Part shown: piece after piece, positions 18,805-28,471 of the stretch | How the letters are laid out: each line of letters opens with the position of its first letter | How positions within the stretch are numbered: position 1 is the first letter of the stretch | From: an uncultured Actinomycetes bacterium | GTDB lineage: Bacteria > Actinomycetota > Thermoleophilia > Gaiellales > JALYLC01 | Length of the DNA stretch: 64,000 nt | NCBI GenBank assembly: GCA_963834415.1 | Contig: CAWIBP010000005.1 | Coordinates: forward strand, 82,976 to 146,975 | Direction of reading: 5' to 3' | Notes under the pieces: generated by a model | The model's database searches: none | What the model was told of the DNA's origin: nothing | Seen by the model: the letters and a program-made list of their open reading frames with translations, nothing else | Translations under genes and position numbers: made by a program

Positions 18805-19551
18805 GTGGAGGCCCCTGCCATCAGCGAAGGCGCGCCGTTCCCCCGCTGCCTCGCGATCGTCCCGGCCTTCCAGGAGCGTGACGCGATCGGCCGGGTGATC
18901 GCCGACATCCGCGCCCAGGCGCCGGTCGAGATCGTCGTGATCGACGACGGCTCGGGCGACGGCACCGCCGCCGAGGCCGTGCGCGCCGGCGCGCGCGTGA
19001 TCACGCTGCCGTTCAACCTCGGCATCGGCAGCGCCGTCCAGACCGGCTACATGGCTGCACAGGCGGGCAACTTCGATGTCGCGATCCAGGTCGACGGCGA
19101 CGGCCAGCACCCCGCGGCCGAGATCACGCGGCTCGTCAACGCGCTGACCGAGACGGGCGCCGACCTCGCGATCGGCTCGCGCTTCCTCGAGCGGCGCACC
19201 TACCGCGCGACGTTCGGGCGGCGCGTCGGCATCGCCGTCTTCGCGAAGGTCGTCTCGGCGATCTGCCGCACGCGCGTCACCGACACCACGTCCGGCTTCC
19301 GCGCCGGCAACCGCCGCGCGATCGCGCTGTTCGCCGCGGCCTATCCGCACGACTACCCCGAGGTCGAGGCGGTGATCATCGCCCACCGCGCCGGGCTGCG
19401 CATCGTCGAGGTGCCGGTCGAGATGCGCGAGCGGCAGGGCGGCCGCTCGTCGATCACGCCGGTGCGCTCGGCGTACTACATGCTCAAGGTGCTGATGGCC
19501 GTCGCGATGCTGATGCTGCGGCGGCCGGTCAAGCTGCCGGAGGGCCTGTGA
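18805..19551 (+). CDS. GT2 polyprenol-phosphate glycosyltransferase (GtrB/DPM1-like)
   Basis: LAIVPAFQE...VVIDDGSGDGT...QVDGDGQH...GSRF. It has a C-terminal TM helix. Confidence 0.85.
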   Translation: MEAPAISEGAPFPRCLAIVPAFQERDAIGRVIADIRAQAPVEIVVIDDGSGDGTAAEAVRAGARVITLPFNLGIGSAVQTGYMAAQAGNFDVAIQVDGDGQHPAAEITRLVNALTETGADLAIGSRFLERRTYRATFGRRVGIAVFAKVVSAICRTRVTDTTSGFRAGNRRAIALFAAAYPHDYPEVEAVIIAHRAGLRIVEVPVEMRERQGGRSSITPVRSAYYMLKVLMAVAMLMLRRPVKLPEGL

Positions 19552-19910
19552 CCCGCCTCACCCTCGTCGCGCTGATCGTCGCGCTGGCGCTGCTCCTGTT
19601 CGTGCTCGAGCTCGTGCGCCGGCGGCGGCTGCAGGAGCGCTACTCGGTGCTCTGGCTGGCGACCGGGCTGACCGTGCTCGTGCTCGCCGCCTGGCCCGCC
19701 CTGCTCGCCCGCATCGCCCACGCGCTCGGGATCCTGACTCCCGCCAACGCCCTCTTCGTCGTGGCGCTCGGGTTCTTCCTGATCGTGATGCTGCACTTCT
19801 CGCTCGTGATCTCGCGGCTCAGCGAGCAGACCAGCCGGCTCGCCCAGCGCCTCGCGCTGCTCGAGGAACGGGTCGGGCCGCTCACGCGCGACGCCGAGCG
19901 CGAGGAGTAG
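19548..19910 (+). CDS. DUF2304 family small membrane protein
   Basis: GTGA-coupled start. LELVRRRRLQERYSVLWLATG plus four hydrophobic segments and a C-terminal amphipathic helix. This family typically partners a GT2. Confidence 0.8.
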   Translation: MTRLTLVALIVALALLLFVLELVRRRRLQERYSVLWLATGLTVLVLAAWPALLARIAHALGILTPANALFVVALGFFLIVMLHFSLVISRLSEQTSRLAQRLALLEERVGPLTRDAEREE

Positions 19911-19917
19911 GACGCGC

Positions 19918-20900
<983 letters not shown>

Positions 20901-20904
<4 letters not shown>

Positions 20905-21791
20905 GTCGTCCGCACTTCCTCTCGCGCCGCGCTCAGCACGTCCGCCAGTGTTTCGCCGAGCGTGCGGGTCGGCCTCCACCCGGTCGCCTCGGCCAGCCGT
21001 TCGCCGGAGCCTACGAGCAGCGGGATGTCGGCGGGGCGCATGCGCCCCGGATCGCTCTCGACCGCGATCGCGGTCGTCGAGAGCGCGAGCAGGCGGTCGA
21101 GGATCGAGGCCATGCCGTGGGCCTCGCCGGTCGCCACGTTGACCACCCGCGGGCCGCCGCGCAGCGCGAGCAGCCGCGCATAGGCGTCGGCCACGTCGCG
21201 CACGTCCACGTAGTCGCGCCGCGCCGCGAGGTTCCCGACGCGGATCGCCGCGGGCTCGGCGCCGGCCTCGATGCGCGCGATCTGCCCCGCGAACGAGGGG
21301 ATCGCGAACGTCTCGGTCTGGCCCGGGCCGGTGTGCGGGAACGGGCGCACCACGACGATGTCGAGGTCGTCGCGCGCACAGGCCAGCTCGGCGGCGGCCT
21401 TCGAGCGGCCGTAGGGCGAGGCGGGGGCGAGCGTGTGATCCTCGCGCAGCGGCGGCTCGTCCTCGCCGCACCCGCCGTAGACCTCGGCCGACGAGACGGC
21501 GAGCAGCCGGGCGCCCGGCGCGTGCGTGGCGGCGGCGAGCACCACGTTGAGCGTGCCGAGGACGTTGACCTCCCAGACCTCGCGCTCGCGATCCCAGGCG
21601 TCGGCGACCGAGGCGACGGCGGCGAGATGCGCGATCGCGTCGGGCGCGGCGGCAGCCACCTCGTGCGCAACCGCCCGCGCGTCCCGCACGTCCGCCGTCG
21701 CCGCCAGCACCTCGCTCCCGCGGCTCTCGAGCGCGGCCCGGAGGTGCCTGCCGGCGAAGCCATCGGCACCCGTCATCAGGACCCGCTGCAC
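20901..21791 (-). CDS. rmd: GDP-4-keto-6-deoxy-D-mannose reductase-like SDR (Rmd-like)
   Basis: VLMTGADGFAGRHL, YGRSK, and GTGA coupling to gmd downstream. The Rmd-versus-Fcl assignment is an inference from the lack of an epimerase-type sequence and from the gmd linkage. Confidence 0.7.
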
Positions 21792-21860
21792 GGCGCTTGA
21801 CCGTAGCAGGCGCCCCGTGCGGGGTGCCTGCCCGCAGGGAGTGGCGTAACCTTCGCCGGC

Positions 21861-21893
21861 ATGGCGCTGCGACCGTCGGCGGGCCCACCGTGA
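21861..21893 (+). CDS. candidate leaderless 10-codon uORF (MALRPSAGPP) coupled by GTGA to the GT4 start
   Basis: TAACCT (21847-21852) lies 8 nt before ATG 21861. The uORF stop TGA at 21891 overlaps GTG 21890. Confidence 0.3.
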   Translation: MALRPSAGPP

Positions 21894-23071
21894 TCACCGC
21901 TCCCGTGTCCCCGGCGACGACGTCTCGGACGATCGGCTTGAACCTGCTCTACCTTGTTCCCAGCAAGGTCGGCGGGACGGAGGTGTACGCCCGGCTGCTC
22001 GTGCATGCGCTCGCGGCGGCGCAGCCGGACTGGCGCTGGGTCGTCTACTGCGGCCGCGATGCGCGCGAGGCGCTCGCGGCCGAGCACTGGCCCGCGTCGG
22101 TGCGCATCGTCGCCTCGCCCCGCCCATCGGCCGACAAGGCCTCGCGAGCGGCGCTCGAGCAGAGCTGGCTCGCCTGGCGCGCGGGGCGCGACGCCCTCGA
22201 CCTCCTGCACTCCCTGGGCACCACGACCCCTCTGCGCACCCGCTGCCCGCGCGTCGTGACGGTGCACGACCTGATCTACATGCACTACCCGGAGACGTTC
22301 CCGCGCGCCGCGCGCGTCGCGCTGAAGGTGCTCGTCGGCCCCGGCGCGCGCGGCGCGAGCCGCGTGATCGCCGATTCGCAGGCCGGCAAGGACGACATCG
22401 CCAGGCACCTGCGCGTCCCCGCACACCGCATCGACGTCGCCCACCTCGGCGCCAACATCACGCGCGTCGAGGCGACGCCCGAGAGCGAGGTGCGCGCGCG
22501 CTTCGGGCTGGAGGGCCGGCAGGTCTGCCTGTGCGTCTCGGCCGCGCTCGTGCACAAGAACCTCGACGCGCTGATCGAGGCGTTCGGCCGTCTCGCCGCC
22601 AACCGCCCCGACCTCGCGCTCGTGATCGCCGGCCATGCCGGGCGGGAAGGGGAGCGGCTACGGGCCGCGGCCGCCCGCACGGGCCATGCCTCGCGCGTCG
22701 TGCTCACGGGCTGGATCTCGAGCGCCGACCTGGAGGCGCTCTACGACCTCGCCGCCTGCTGCGTCTACCCCTCGCTGCTCGAGGGCTTCGGGCTGCCGCT
22801 GCTCGAGGCGATGGCGCGCGGCGTGCCGATCGCCTCGGCCGACGCCTCGTCGCTGCCGGAGGTGGCGGGCGACGCCGCGGAGCTCTTCGACGGCCGCGAC
22901 GTGCCCTCGATCGGCCGCGCCATCGAGCGCCTGCTGGACGACCGCGCGCACGTCGAGGGCCTGATCGAGCGCGGCCTCGCGCGGGTCGGCCTGTTCACCT
23001 GGGAACGCTGCGCCGCCGCGACGCTCGCCTCCTACGAGCGCGCGCTCGGCGCCTCTGCGGCGCGCTCGTGA
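21890..23071 (+). CDS. glycosyltransferase family 4 (mannosyl/rhamnosyltransferase-like)
   Basis: GGTEVY...VVTVHDLIY...ADSQAGKDDI...YPSLLEGFGLPLLEAMARGVPI. GTG 21890 was chosen within track ORF 21797..23071. Confidence 0.8.
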   Translation: MITAPVSPATTSRTIGLNLLYLVPSKVGGTEVYARLLVHALAAAQPDWRWVVYCGRDAREALAAEHWPASVRIVASPRPSADKASRAALEQSWLAWRAGRDALDLLHSLGTTTPLRTRCPRVVTVHDLIYMHYPETFPRAARVALKVLVGPGARGASRVIADSQAGKDDIARHLRVPAHRIDVAHLGANITRVEATPESEVRARFGLEGRQVCLCVSAALVHKNLDALIEAFGRLAANRPDLALVIAGHAGREGERLRAAAARTGHASRVVLTGWISSADLEALYDLAACCVYPSLLEGFGLPLLEAMARGVPIASADASSLPEVAGDAAELFDGRDVPSIGRAIERLLDDRAHVEGLIERGLARVGLFTWERCAAATLASYERALGASAARS

Positions 23072-23895
23072 GCGCAGCCGCCGTCGTCGTCGCCTGGCGC
23101 GCCGGCGAGCGCGCGGGGGAGTGTCTGGGGCGGATCGCGGAGGTCGCACCCGAGCTGCGGCTCGTGCTCGTCGACAACGAGGCGGGCAGCGGTGCGGGCG
23201 TGGCGGCTCCCGATGGGGCCGAGATCGTGCGCCTGAGCGACAACCGCGGCTTCGCCGGCGGCGCGAACGCGGGCCTCGAGCGCGCCTTCGGCGCGGGCGC
23301 GTCGCACGTGGTGCTGCTGAACGACGACGTGCTCGTCGCGCCCGGCTGCATCGCGGCGCTGATCACGGCCGCCGGCGACGGCGGCGCCGCGTCGCCGCGC
23401 ATCGACGGCCCTCCGGGCGTTGCCTTCGCCGGCGGCGAGCTCGAGCTCGTGCGCGGCTTCGGGCGCCACGTCGAGGGCGCGCTCGACTACCTCAGCGGCG
23501 CCTGCATCTGCTTCTCCCGCGGCGCGTGGGAGGCCGTCGGGCCGTTCAACGAGGAGCTCTTCCTCTACTACGAGGACGTCGAGTGGTCGCTGCGCGCACG
23601 CGCGCTGGGCGTGCCGCTGCGCGTCGCTCAGGACGCCCGCGCGGCCCACAGCGGCGGCGCCTCGAGCGGCGGCGGCGAGGGGGAGACCTGGGCCTACTAC
23701 GCCACGCGCAACCGGCTCTGGCTGCTCGAGGTCGAGCGCGGCGCGCGCGTCGCGCGCCGCGAGGCGGCCCGGACGAGCTTCCGCGCACGGGTGCGAGCGG
23801 TGCAACCGGCGCGCCGCGCCGTCTCCCAGGCAAAGCTTGCGGGTGTGAAGGACTGGTCCGCACGGCGCATGGGGCGGGGGCCGTGGCCCCGCTGA
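23068..23895 (+). CDS. glycosyltransferase family 2
   Basis: GTGA-coupled GTG at 23068. LVLVDNEAGSG...NRGFAGGAN...YYEDVEWSLR. In frame within track ORF 22531..23895. Confidence 0.8.
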   Translation: MSAAAVVVAWRAGERAGECLGRIAEVAPELRLVLVDNEAGSGAGVAAPDGAEIVRLSDNRGFAGGANAGLERAFGAGASHVVLLNDDVLVAPGCIAALITAAGDGGAASPRIDGPPGVAFAGGELELVRGFGRHVEGALDYLSGACICFSRGAWEAVGPFNEELFLYYEDVEWSLRARALGVPLRVAQDARAAHSGGASSGGGEGETWAYYATRNRLWLLEVERGARVARREAARTSFRARVRAVQPARRAVSQAKLAGVKDWSARRMGRGPWPR

Positions 23896-24911
23896 CGGTC
23901 GCCTTCGACGTCGCCTGCCTGACGCAGACGCGTGCGGGCACCGCGCGCCTGGCCGTCGGCCTGCGCGATGCGCTGCAGGCGAGGTCCGACGTGGAGCTGA
24001 TCGAGCTCGGCGATCGCGAGTGGCAGGAGCGCGGCTCGTTCGGCCAGAAGCGCGATGCGCTGCAGCAGGATCTCGCCTGGTACGGCCTGCGGCTCGCGAG
24101 GGAGGCGCGCACGAGCGGCGCGCAGCTGCTCCACTGCCCGACGTTCCGCGGCCCGCTGCGACACGCCGGCCTGCCCACGGTGGTGACGGTGCACGACCTC
24201 GCCGTCCTGCGCGAGCCGGCCTGGTTCCCGGTTTGGAGCCGCAACTACGGGCGCACGCTGATGCCGCGCGCCGTGCGCAACGCCGACCGCGTGATCTGCG
24301 TCTCGCGCGCCACGGCCCGCGATGCCGTGGGCCTGCTCGACGTGCCGTTCCGCAACCTGCGCGTGATCCCGAACGCGATCGAGCCGGTGTTCTCGACGCC
24401 CCCGGGGCCGGCGCCGCTCGAGACGCCCTACCTGCTCTGCGTGGGCACACCCGAGCCGCGCAAGAACCTGCCGGCGCTGCTCGAGGCGTTCACGCTCGTG
24501 CGCCGCGCCGGGCGCCGCGTGCGCCTCGCGCTGGTCGGCGCCGACGGCTGGGGCGACGTGCGCGTCGGCTCGACCGAGGGCGTCGTGGCCTTCGGGCGCG
24601 TCGACGACAGCGAGCTGCGCGACCTCTACGCGCACGCCGAGGCGCTCGTGCTGCCGAGCCTCTGGGAGGGCTTCGGGCTGCCGGTCGCCGAGGCGCTCGC
24701 GACCGGCTGCCGCGTGGCCTGCTCCGACATCCCCGCGCTGCGCGAGCTGGCGGGCGAGGATGCGACCTACTTCGACCCCTCGACGCCCGAGGCGATCGCC
24801 GAGGGCATCCTGCGCTCGCTCACGCGGCCGCGGCCGCAGCCCCGCCGCGGCTCGAGCTGGGACGACGCCGCCGCGTCGGTCGTCTCGCTCTGGCGCGAGC
24901 TCGTGCGGTGA
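23883..24911 (+). CDS. glycosyltransferase family 4
   Basis: GTG at 23883 within track ORF 23121..24911. VVTVHDLAVL...LLCVGTPEPRKN...LPSLWEGFGLPVAEALATG. Confidence 0.85.
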   Translation: MAPLTVAFDVACLTQTRAGTARLAVGLRDALQARSDVELIELGDREWQERGSFGQKRDALQQDLAWYGLRLAREARTSGAQLLHCPTFRGPLRHAGLPTVVTVHDLAVLREPAWFPVWSRNYGRTLMPRAVRNADRVICVSRATARDAVGLLDVPFRNLRVIPNAIEPVFSTPPGPAPLETPYLLCVGTPEPRKNLPALLEAFTLVRRAGRRVRLALVGADGWGDVRVGSTEGVVAFGRVDDSELRDLYAHAEALVLPSLWEGFGLPVAEALATGCRVACSDIPALRELAGEDATYFDPSTPEAIAEGILRSLTRPRPQPRRGSSWDDAAASVVSLWRELVR

Positions 24912-24916
24912 GCTCC

Positions 24917-25049
24917 ACCCGCTCCCGGAAGGGCTTTGGTAGCGTGCTCGGAGGCGCGTGGCGGGGCTGACGGCGTGCGTCGCGCCCGCGTGTCCGTCCG
25001 ATCCCGCCAGGAAGCGCTCCATGCAGACCCAGGGTGAGAAGGTCCCTCG
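24917..25049 (+). promoter_or_regulatory. conserved junction/leader element, copy B (extended -10 TGgTAGCGT at 24940-24945)
   Basis: See copy A. It starts 6 nt after the stop of the upstream GT4 gene and ends inside a 19-codon uORF. Confidence 0.55.
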
Positions 25050-25080
25050 CCGCACGATGCGGCCCGCGCCGAGCTCCTAG
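25021..25080 (+). CDS. candidate uORF MQTQGEKVPRRTMRPAPSS (homologous to the first 8 codons of the 3291 epimerase)
   Basis: Same AGGAAG SD and ATG context as copy A. The stop lies 8 nt before ATG 25089. Confidence 0.3.
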   Translation: MQTQGEKVPRRTMRPAPSS

Positions 25081-25088
25081 CGGCCCCG

Positions 25089-26228
25089 ATGCGATCGCTC
25101 ACGGCAGCCAAGGCGCGCGCGGGGGGCCTGCCGATGCTCGGCGACCTCACGGGCTCGCGCGCCCGCGGCATGGATGTCCTGCGCCTCGCGGCCGCGACGC
25201 TCGTGATCGTCGCCCACTCCTACAACCTCACGCTGCGCGAGGAGCCGTTCCGGCGCTTCGGCGGCCCCGAGCTCGGCGACATCGCCGTCGCGGTCTTCTT
25301 CGCGATCAGCGGCTTCCTCGTGACCGCGAGCTGGATCTCCGACCCGCGCCTACGCTCGTTCGTCGCGCGGCGCGCGCTGCGCATCCTGCCGGGCCTCTGG
25401 GTCGTGCTGCTCGTGAGCGTGCTCGGCTTCGGCCTGGTCGTCACCGCGCAGCCGGTCGTCACCTACCTGACCTCGCTCGAGACCTGGCGCTATCCGCTCG
25501 AGCGCGCGGTCGTGTTCTCGACGCGCCCGAGCCTGCCGGGCGTCTTCACGACGAACCCCTACGGCAGCGCCGTCAACGGCTCGCTCTGGACGCTGCCGGT
25601 CGAGGTGACGGCCTATCTCGCCACGCTCGTGGTCGGCGTCGCCGGCCTGTTGACCCGCCGGCGCGGGCTCGTCGTCGTGGCGATCGCGCTGCTGATGGTG
25701 ATCCAGGAGACGATCCTGCCGACCGCCAGCGGCCTCGTCGAGAGCGACTCGCCGGGCGCGGTGCTGCACTGGCTCGTGTACTTCGGCCTGTTCTACGCCG
25801 TGGGCGCGCTGCTCTTCCTCTACCGCGAGTACGTGCCGGTCTCGCTCGGCGCGGCCGCGGCGGCGCTGATCGTGCTCGGCCTGAGCTTCGACACCCCGGC
25901 GATGGCGATCGTGAGCCAGCTCACGCTGCCCTACGTCGTGCTCGTGCTCGGCTACCGCGCCCCGGAGCTCGTCGACCGCTGCTTCCGGCGGCTCGGCGAC
26001 ATCTCGTACGGCACCTACATCTACGCGTTCCCGGTGCAGCAGACGCTGATCCACTTCGACACGGGCATCGGCCCCGTGCGCCTGATCCTCTACAGCATCC
26101 CGGTCACCTACGCCTTCGCGTATCTCTCCTGGCACCTCGTCGAGCGGCCGGCGTTGCGCCTCCGCCGCCGGCTCACCGGTGAGCCGGATCACGCGCCGCG
26201 CGCTGCGATCGTGCCCGCCGCGCGCTGA
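25089..26228 (+). CDS. acyltransferase family 3 (O-acyltransferase) membrane protein
   Basis: VLRLAAATLVIVAHS...AVFFAISGFLV motifs and about 10 TM segments. Later in-frame Met starts are possible. Confidence 0.85.
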   Translation: MRSLTAAKARAGGLPMLGDLTGSRARGMDVLRLAAATLVIVAHSYNLTLREEPFRRFGGPELGDIAVAVFFAISGFLVTASWISDPRLRSFVARRALRILPGLWVVLLVSVLGFGLVVTAQPVVTYLTSLETWRYPLERAVVFSTRPSLPGVFTTNPYGSAVNGSLWTLPVEVTAYLATLVVGVAGLLTRRRGLVVVAIALLMVIQETILPTASGLVESDSPGAVLHWLVYFGLFYAVGALLFLYREYVPVSLGAAAAALIVLGLSFDTPAMAIVSQLTLPYVVLVLGYRAPELVDRCFRRLGDISYGTYIYAFPVQQTLIHFDTGIGPVRLILYSIPVTYAFAYLSWHLVERPALRLRRRLTGEPDHAPRAAIVPAAR

Positions 26229-26252
26229 AGCGCCCGGCGGCCGCGAAGCGGC

Positions 26253-27014
26253 TCACGTGGTGCGCGGAGGGACGTCCACTCCCTTGCCGGGCTCGCCTTC
26301 GTCCTCGCCGCCTGCTCGCTCGTCAGCGCGCTGCACGGGCAGTGGCTCCGTGCGCTCCCGCGCGATGCCGACCGCGAGCAGCAGCGCCAGCACCACGGCC
26401 GAGATCGAGGTCCACAGGCCCGCGATCAGCACCACGGGGCCGACGCCTGGTGGCAGGGAGACGCCGACGCGATCGACCGCGGTGCGCATGCGCCCGATCA
26501 GATCGCGGGCGTTGCGGAACGCGAGCACCCCGACCACGGCGGGCTTCCCCGGCCTGGCCTCGTTCCCGAAGATGGCAAGCTGCGCGGGGCCTGCGTGCGT
26601 GACGACGATGCGTCGCGCATCGGCCAGGCTCGGGACCGCGCAGCGAATCCGCGCGTTGTCGTAGTAGGTCTCCGGCGGGAAAGCACAGGCCGACTGCGCA
26701 CGGCCCCGCCCGTCCACGACCTCGAGGCGGACGGTCGCGGTCGGCCGCTGGAAGTAGGTCGCGATGTGGAGGATGACCTCGCCGCGCTCCGCTCGCGGCA
26801 GGCGGGGGAGCGCGAACGAGCGCCGCGGGACTCCGGTCAGCTCGATCGCGGTCTGCAGCGTCTCGGCCGGGGTCGCCCCGATCGTGAAGGTGATGTCCTC
26901 GCGGCGTGCGTCGCGCCAGATCACGAAGAACGTGACCACGAGCCCGACCGCGAGCGCGATCGCGAGCTCCCGCGTGGGCCACGCGCTGCGCCGGCTGGGG
27001 GCCTGGTCAGCCAA
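26253..27014 (-). CDS. hypothetical membrane-anchored protein
   Basis: Intact 253-aa ORF with N- and C-terminal TM helices. It overlaps the upstream gene by 8 nt. No family recognised. Confidence 0.55.
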   Translation of the reverse strand: MADQAPSRRSAWPTRELAIALAVGLVVTFFVIWRDARREDITFTIGATPAETLQTAIELTGVPRRSFALPRLPRAERGEVILHIATYFQRPTATVRLEVVDGRGRAQSACAFPPETYYDNARIRCAVPSLADARRIVVTHAGPAQLAIFGNEARPGKPAVVGVLAFRNARDLIGRMRTAVDRVGVSLPPGVGPVVLIAGLWTSISAVVLALLLAVGIARERTEPLPVQRADERAGGEDEGEPGKGVDVPPRTT

Positions 27015-28422
27015 AGAACACCAGCACCGTGTTCATCGCCTCGAGCGAGAGCACGGCGGTCACGAGCAGCACCGCGCCGCCGGCGATCTGCCCGATCCGT
27101 CCGATGCGGGCGTACGAGAGGAACAGCGCAGCGATGAAGAGCGGGATCACGGAGATCAGGTAGCGGCCCTGCAGGATCAGCTCCGGCGAGCCCTGGATCA
27201 GGGCCAGCACCTCGGCCAGGTGCAGCAGGAGGACATTCGAGAGGCCCGCGATCAGCAGCGCGAGCGCGGCACCCGTGCGGCGATCGGGATTCCGGATCGC
27301 CGCGTAGATCGCCACGGCGGTCGCCGCGACGAGCGCCCAGAAGGCGAGGTCGTAGGCCCAGGACTGCATCGGCGACGTGAGCCAGCCGAAGTAGCCGGCG
27401 CCGGTCTCGATCCAGACCCGCCAGGAGGGCAGGGTGGGCAGCCCGCGGTAGGCCGAGTGCTCGCTGTCCATGAAGGGCAGCGGCGGCAGGTAGAACTGCC
27501 ACAGGTAGGCGATCCCGTAGCGCGCCGAGGCCACGGGCCCGTCGACGCCGAAGAGCTTCCACGTCGCCGCGACCGCCATCGCGACGTAGCAGAGGGCGAA
27601 GGCGGCGCCGAGCGCGCCCACCGCGGCGAGGCGCCCGCGCAACGCGCGCGCTCGCGGCACGAAGACGAGCAGCGGGACGATGATCAGGAGCGCTGCGGGG
27701 CCGCCGATCGGCTTCGCGAGCAGGGCGAGCAGCGCCCACAGCGCGGCATGGATCGCGGCCTTCCAGCGCCAGCGCTCGCGCAGCCGGAGCAGGGCCCACG
27801 TCAGGCCGGCGAGCGAGGCCATCAGGAGCACGTCGGGATTGCCGATCGCGCTCGCCTGGCTGACCATCGGCAGCAGTGAGTACGCGAGGGCTCCCAGGAC
27901 GGCGATCAGGAACGTCGCGCCGGCCTCGATCAGGAGCAGGTAGACGAGCCAGACCGCGAGCGCGCCGAGCACGACCGAGACGAAGCGCACGGCGTACATC
28001 CGCTCGGTATCCGTGTGCAGGCCCGGGAAGAGGTAGGCGGGCGTGGCGATCAGGGCGAACGCGGGCGGGTACTTCCAGACGCCGACCATCGCGCCGTGGT
28101 TGCGCTCGGCGAAGCCGTCCTTCTCGGCCGGGAACGCCGGGATGTCGCGACGCAGCTTCCGCAGCGGCTCGCGCGTCCGCGCCGGGAGGTAGCCGGTCGT
28201 GTAGACCGAGGCGTTCGTCGCGACCGAGAAGTAGTCGGGCGGCCCGTGGTCGAAGAGCAGCAGCTGGTGATCGATCGCGATGTGCTGGATGTACGAGAAG
28301 TGCGCCGGCTCGTCGGGCCCCTGCCACGGCGGCAGCGCGACCGCCCAGACGAGGCCGCGTACCAGTGCCGCGAAGACGATGAGGCCGACGACCAGGCGCA
28401 TCCTCTGAGTGCGCGTCGCCAC
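27007..28422 (-). CDS. DUF2142-like polytopic membrane protein (GT-C-like)
   Basis: PPWQGPDEPAHFSYIQH loop after TM1 and about 12 TM segments. Intact 471 aa. Confidence 0.8.
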   Translation of the reverse strand: MATRTQRMRLVVGLIVFAALVRGLVWAVALPPWQGPDEPAHFSYIQHIAIDHQLLLFDHGPPDYFSVATNASVYTTGYLPARTREPLRKLRRDIPAFPAEKDGFAERNHGAMVGVWKYPPAFALIATPAYLFPGLHTDTERMYAVRFVSVVLGALAVWLVYLLLIEAGATFLIAVLGALAYSLLPMVSQASAIGNPDVLLMASLAGLTWALLRLRERWRWKAAIHAALWALLALLAKPIGGPAALLIIVPLLVFVPRARALRGRLAAVGALGAAFALCYVAMAVAATWKLFGVDGPVASARYGIAYLWQFYLPPLPFMDSEHSAYRGLPTLPSWRVWIETGAGYFGWLTSPMQSWAYDLAFWALVAATAVAIYAAIRNPDRRTGAALALLIAGLSNVLLLHLAEVLALIQGSPELILQGRYLISVIPLFIAALFLSYARIGRIGQIAGGAVLLVTAVLSLEAMNTVLVFFG

Positions 28423-28471
28423 CGCTTCGAGTGTAGACGGCGCTGCCCGGCTGCCCGTCTATCCTGCGGCG

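Noticed and set aside
23860-23900. A possible third, diverged copy of the leader core (CCCCGCTGACGGTCGCC).
   Set aside because: Only about 12 nt are similar, and they lie inside overlapping coding sequence at a GT2/GT4 junction. This is most likely chance.
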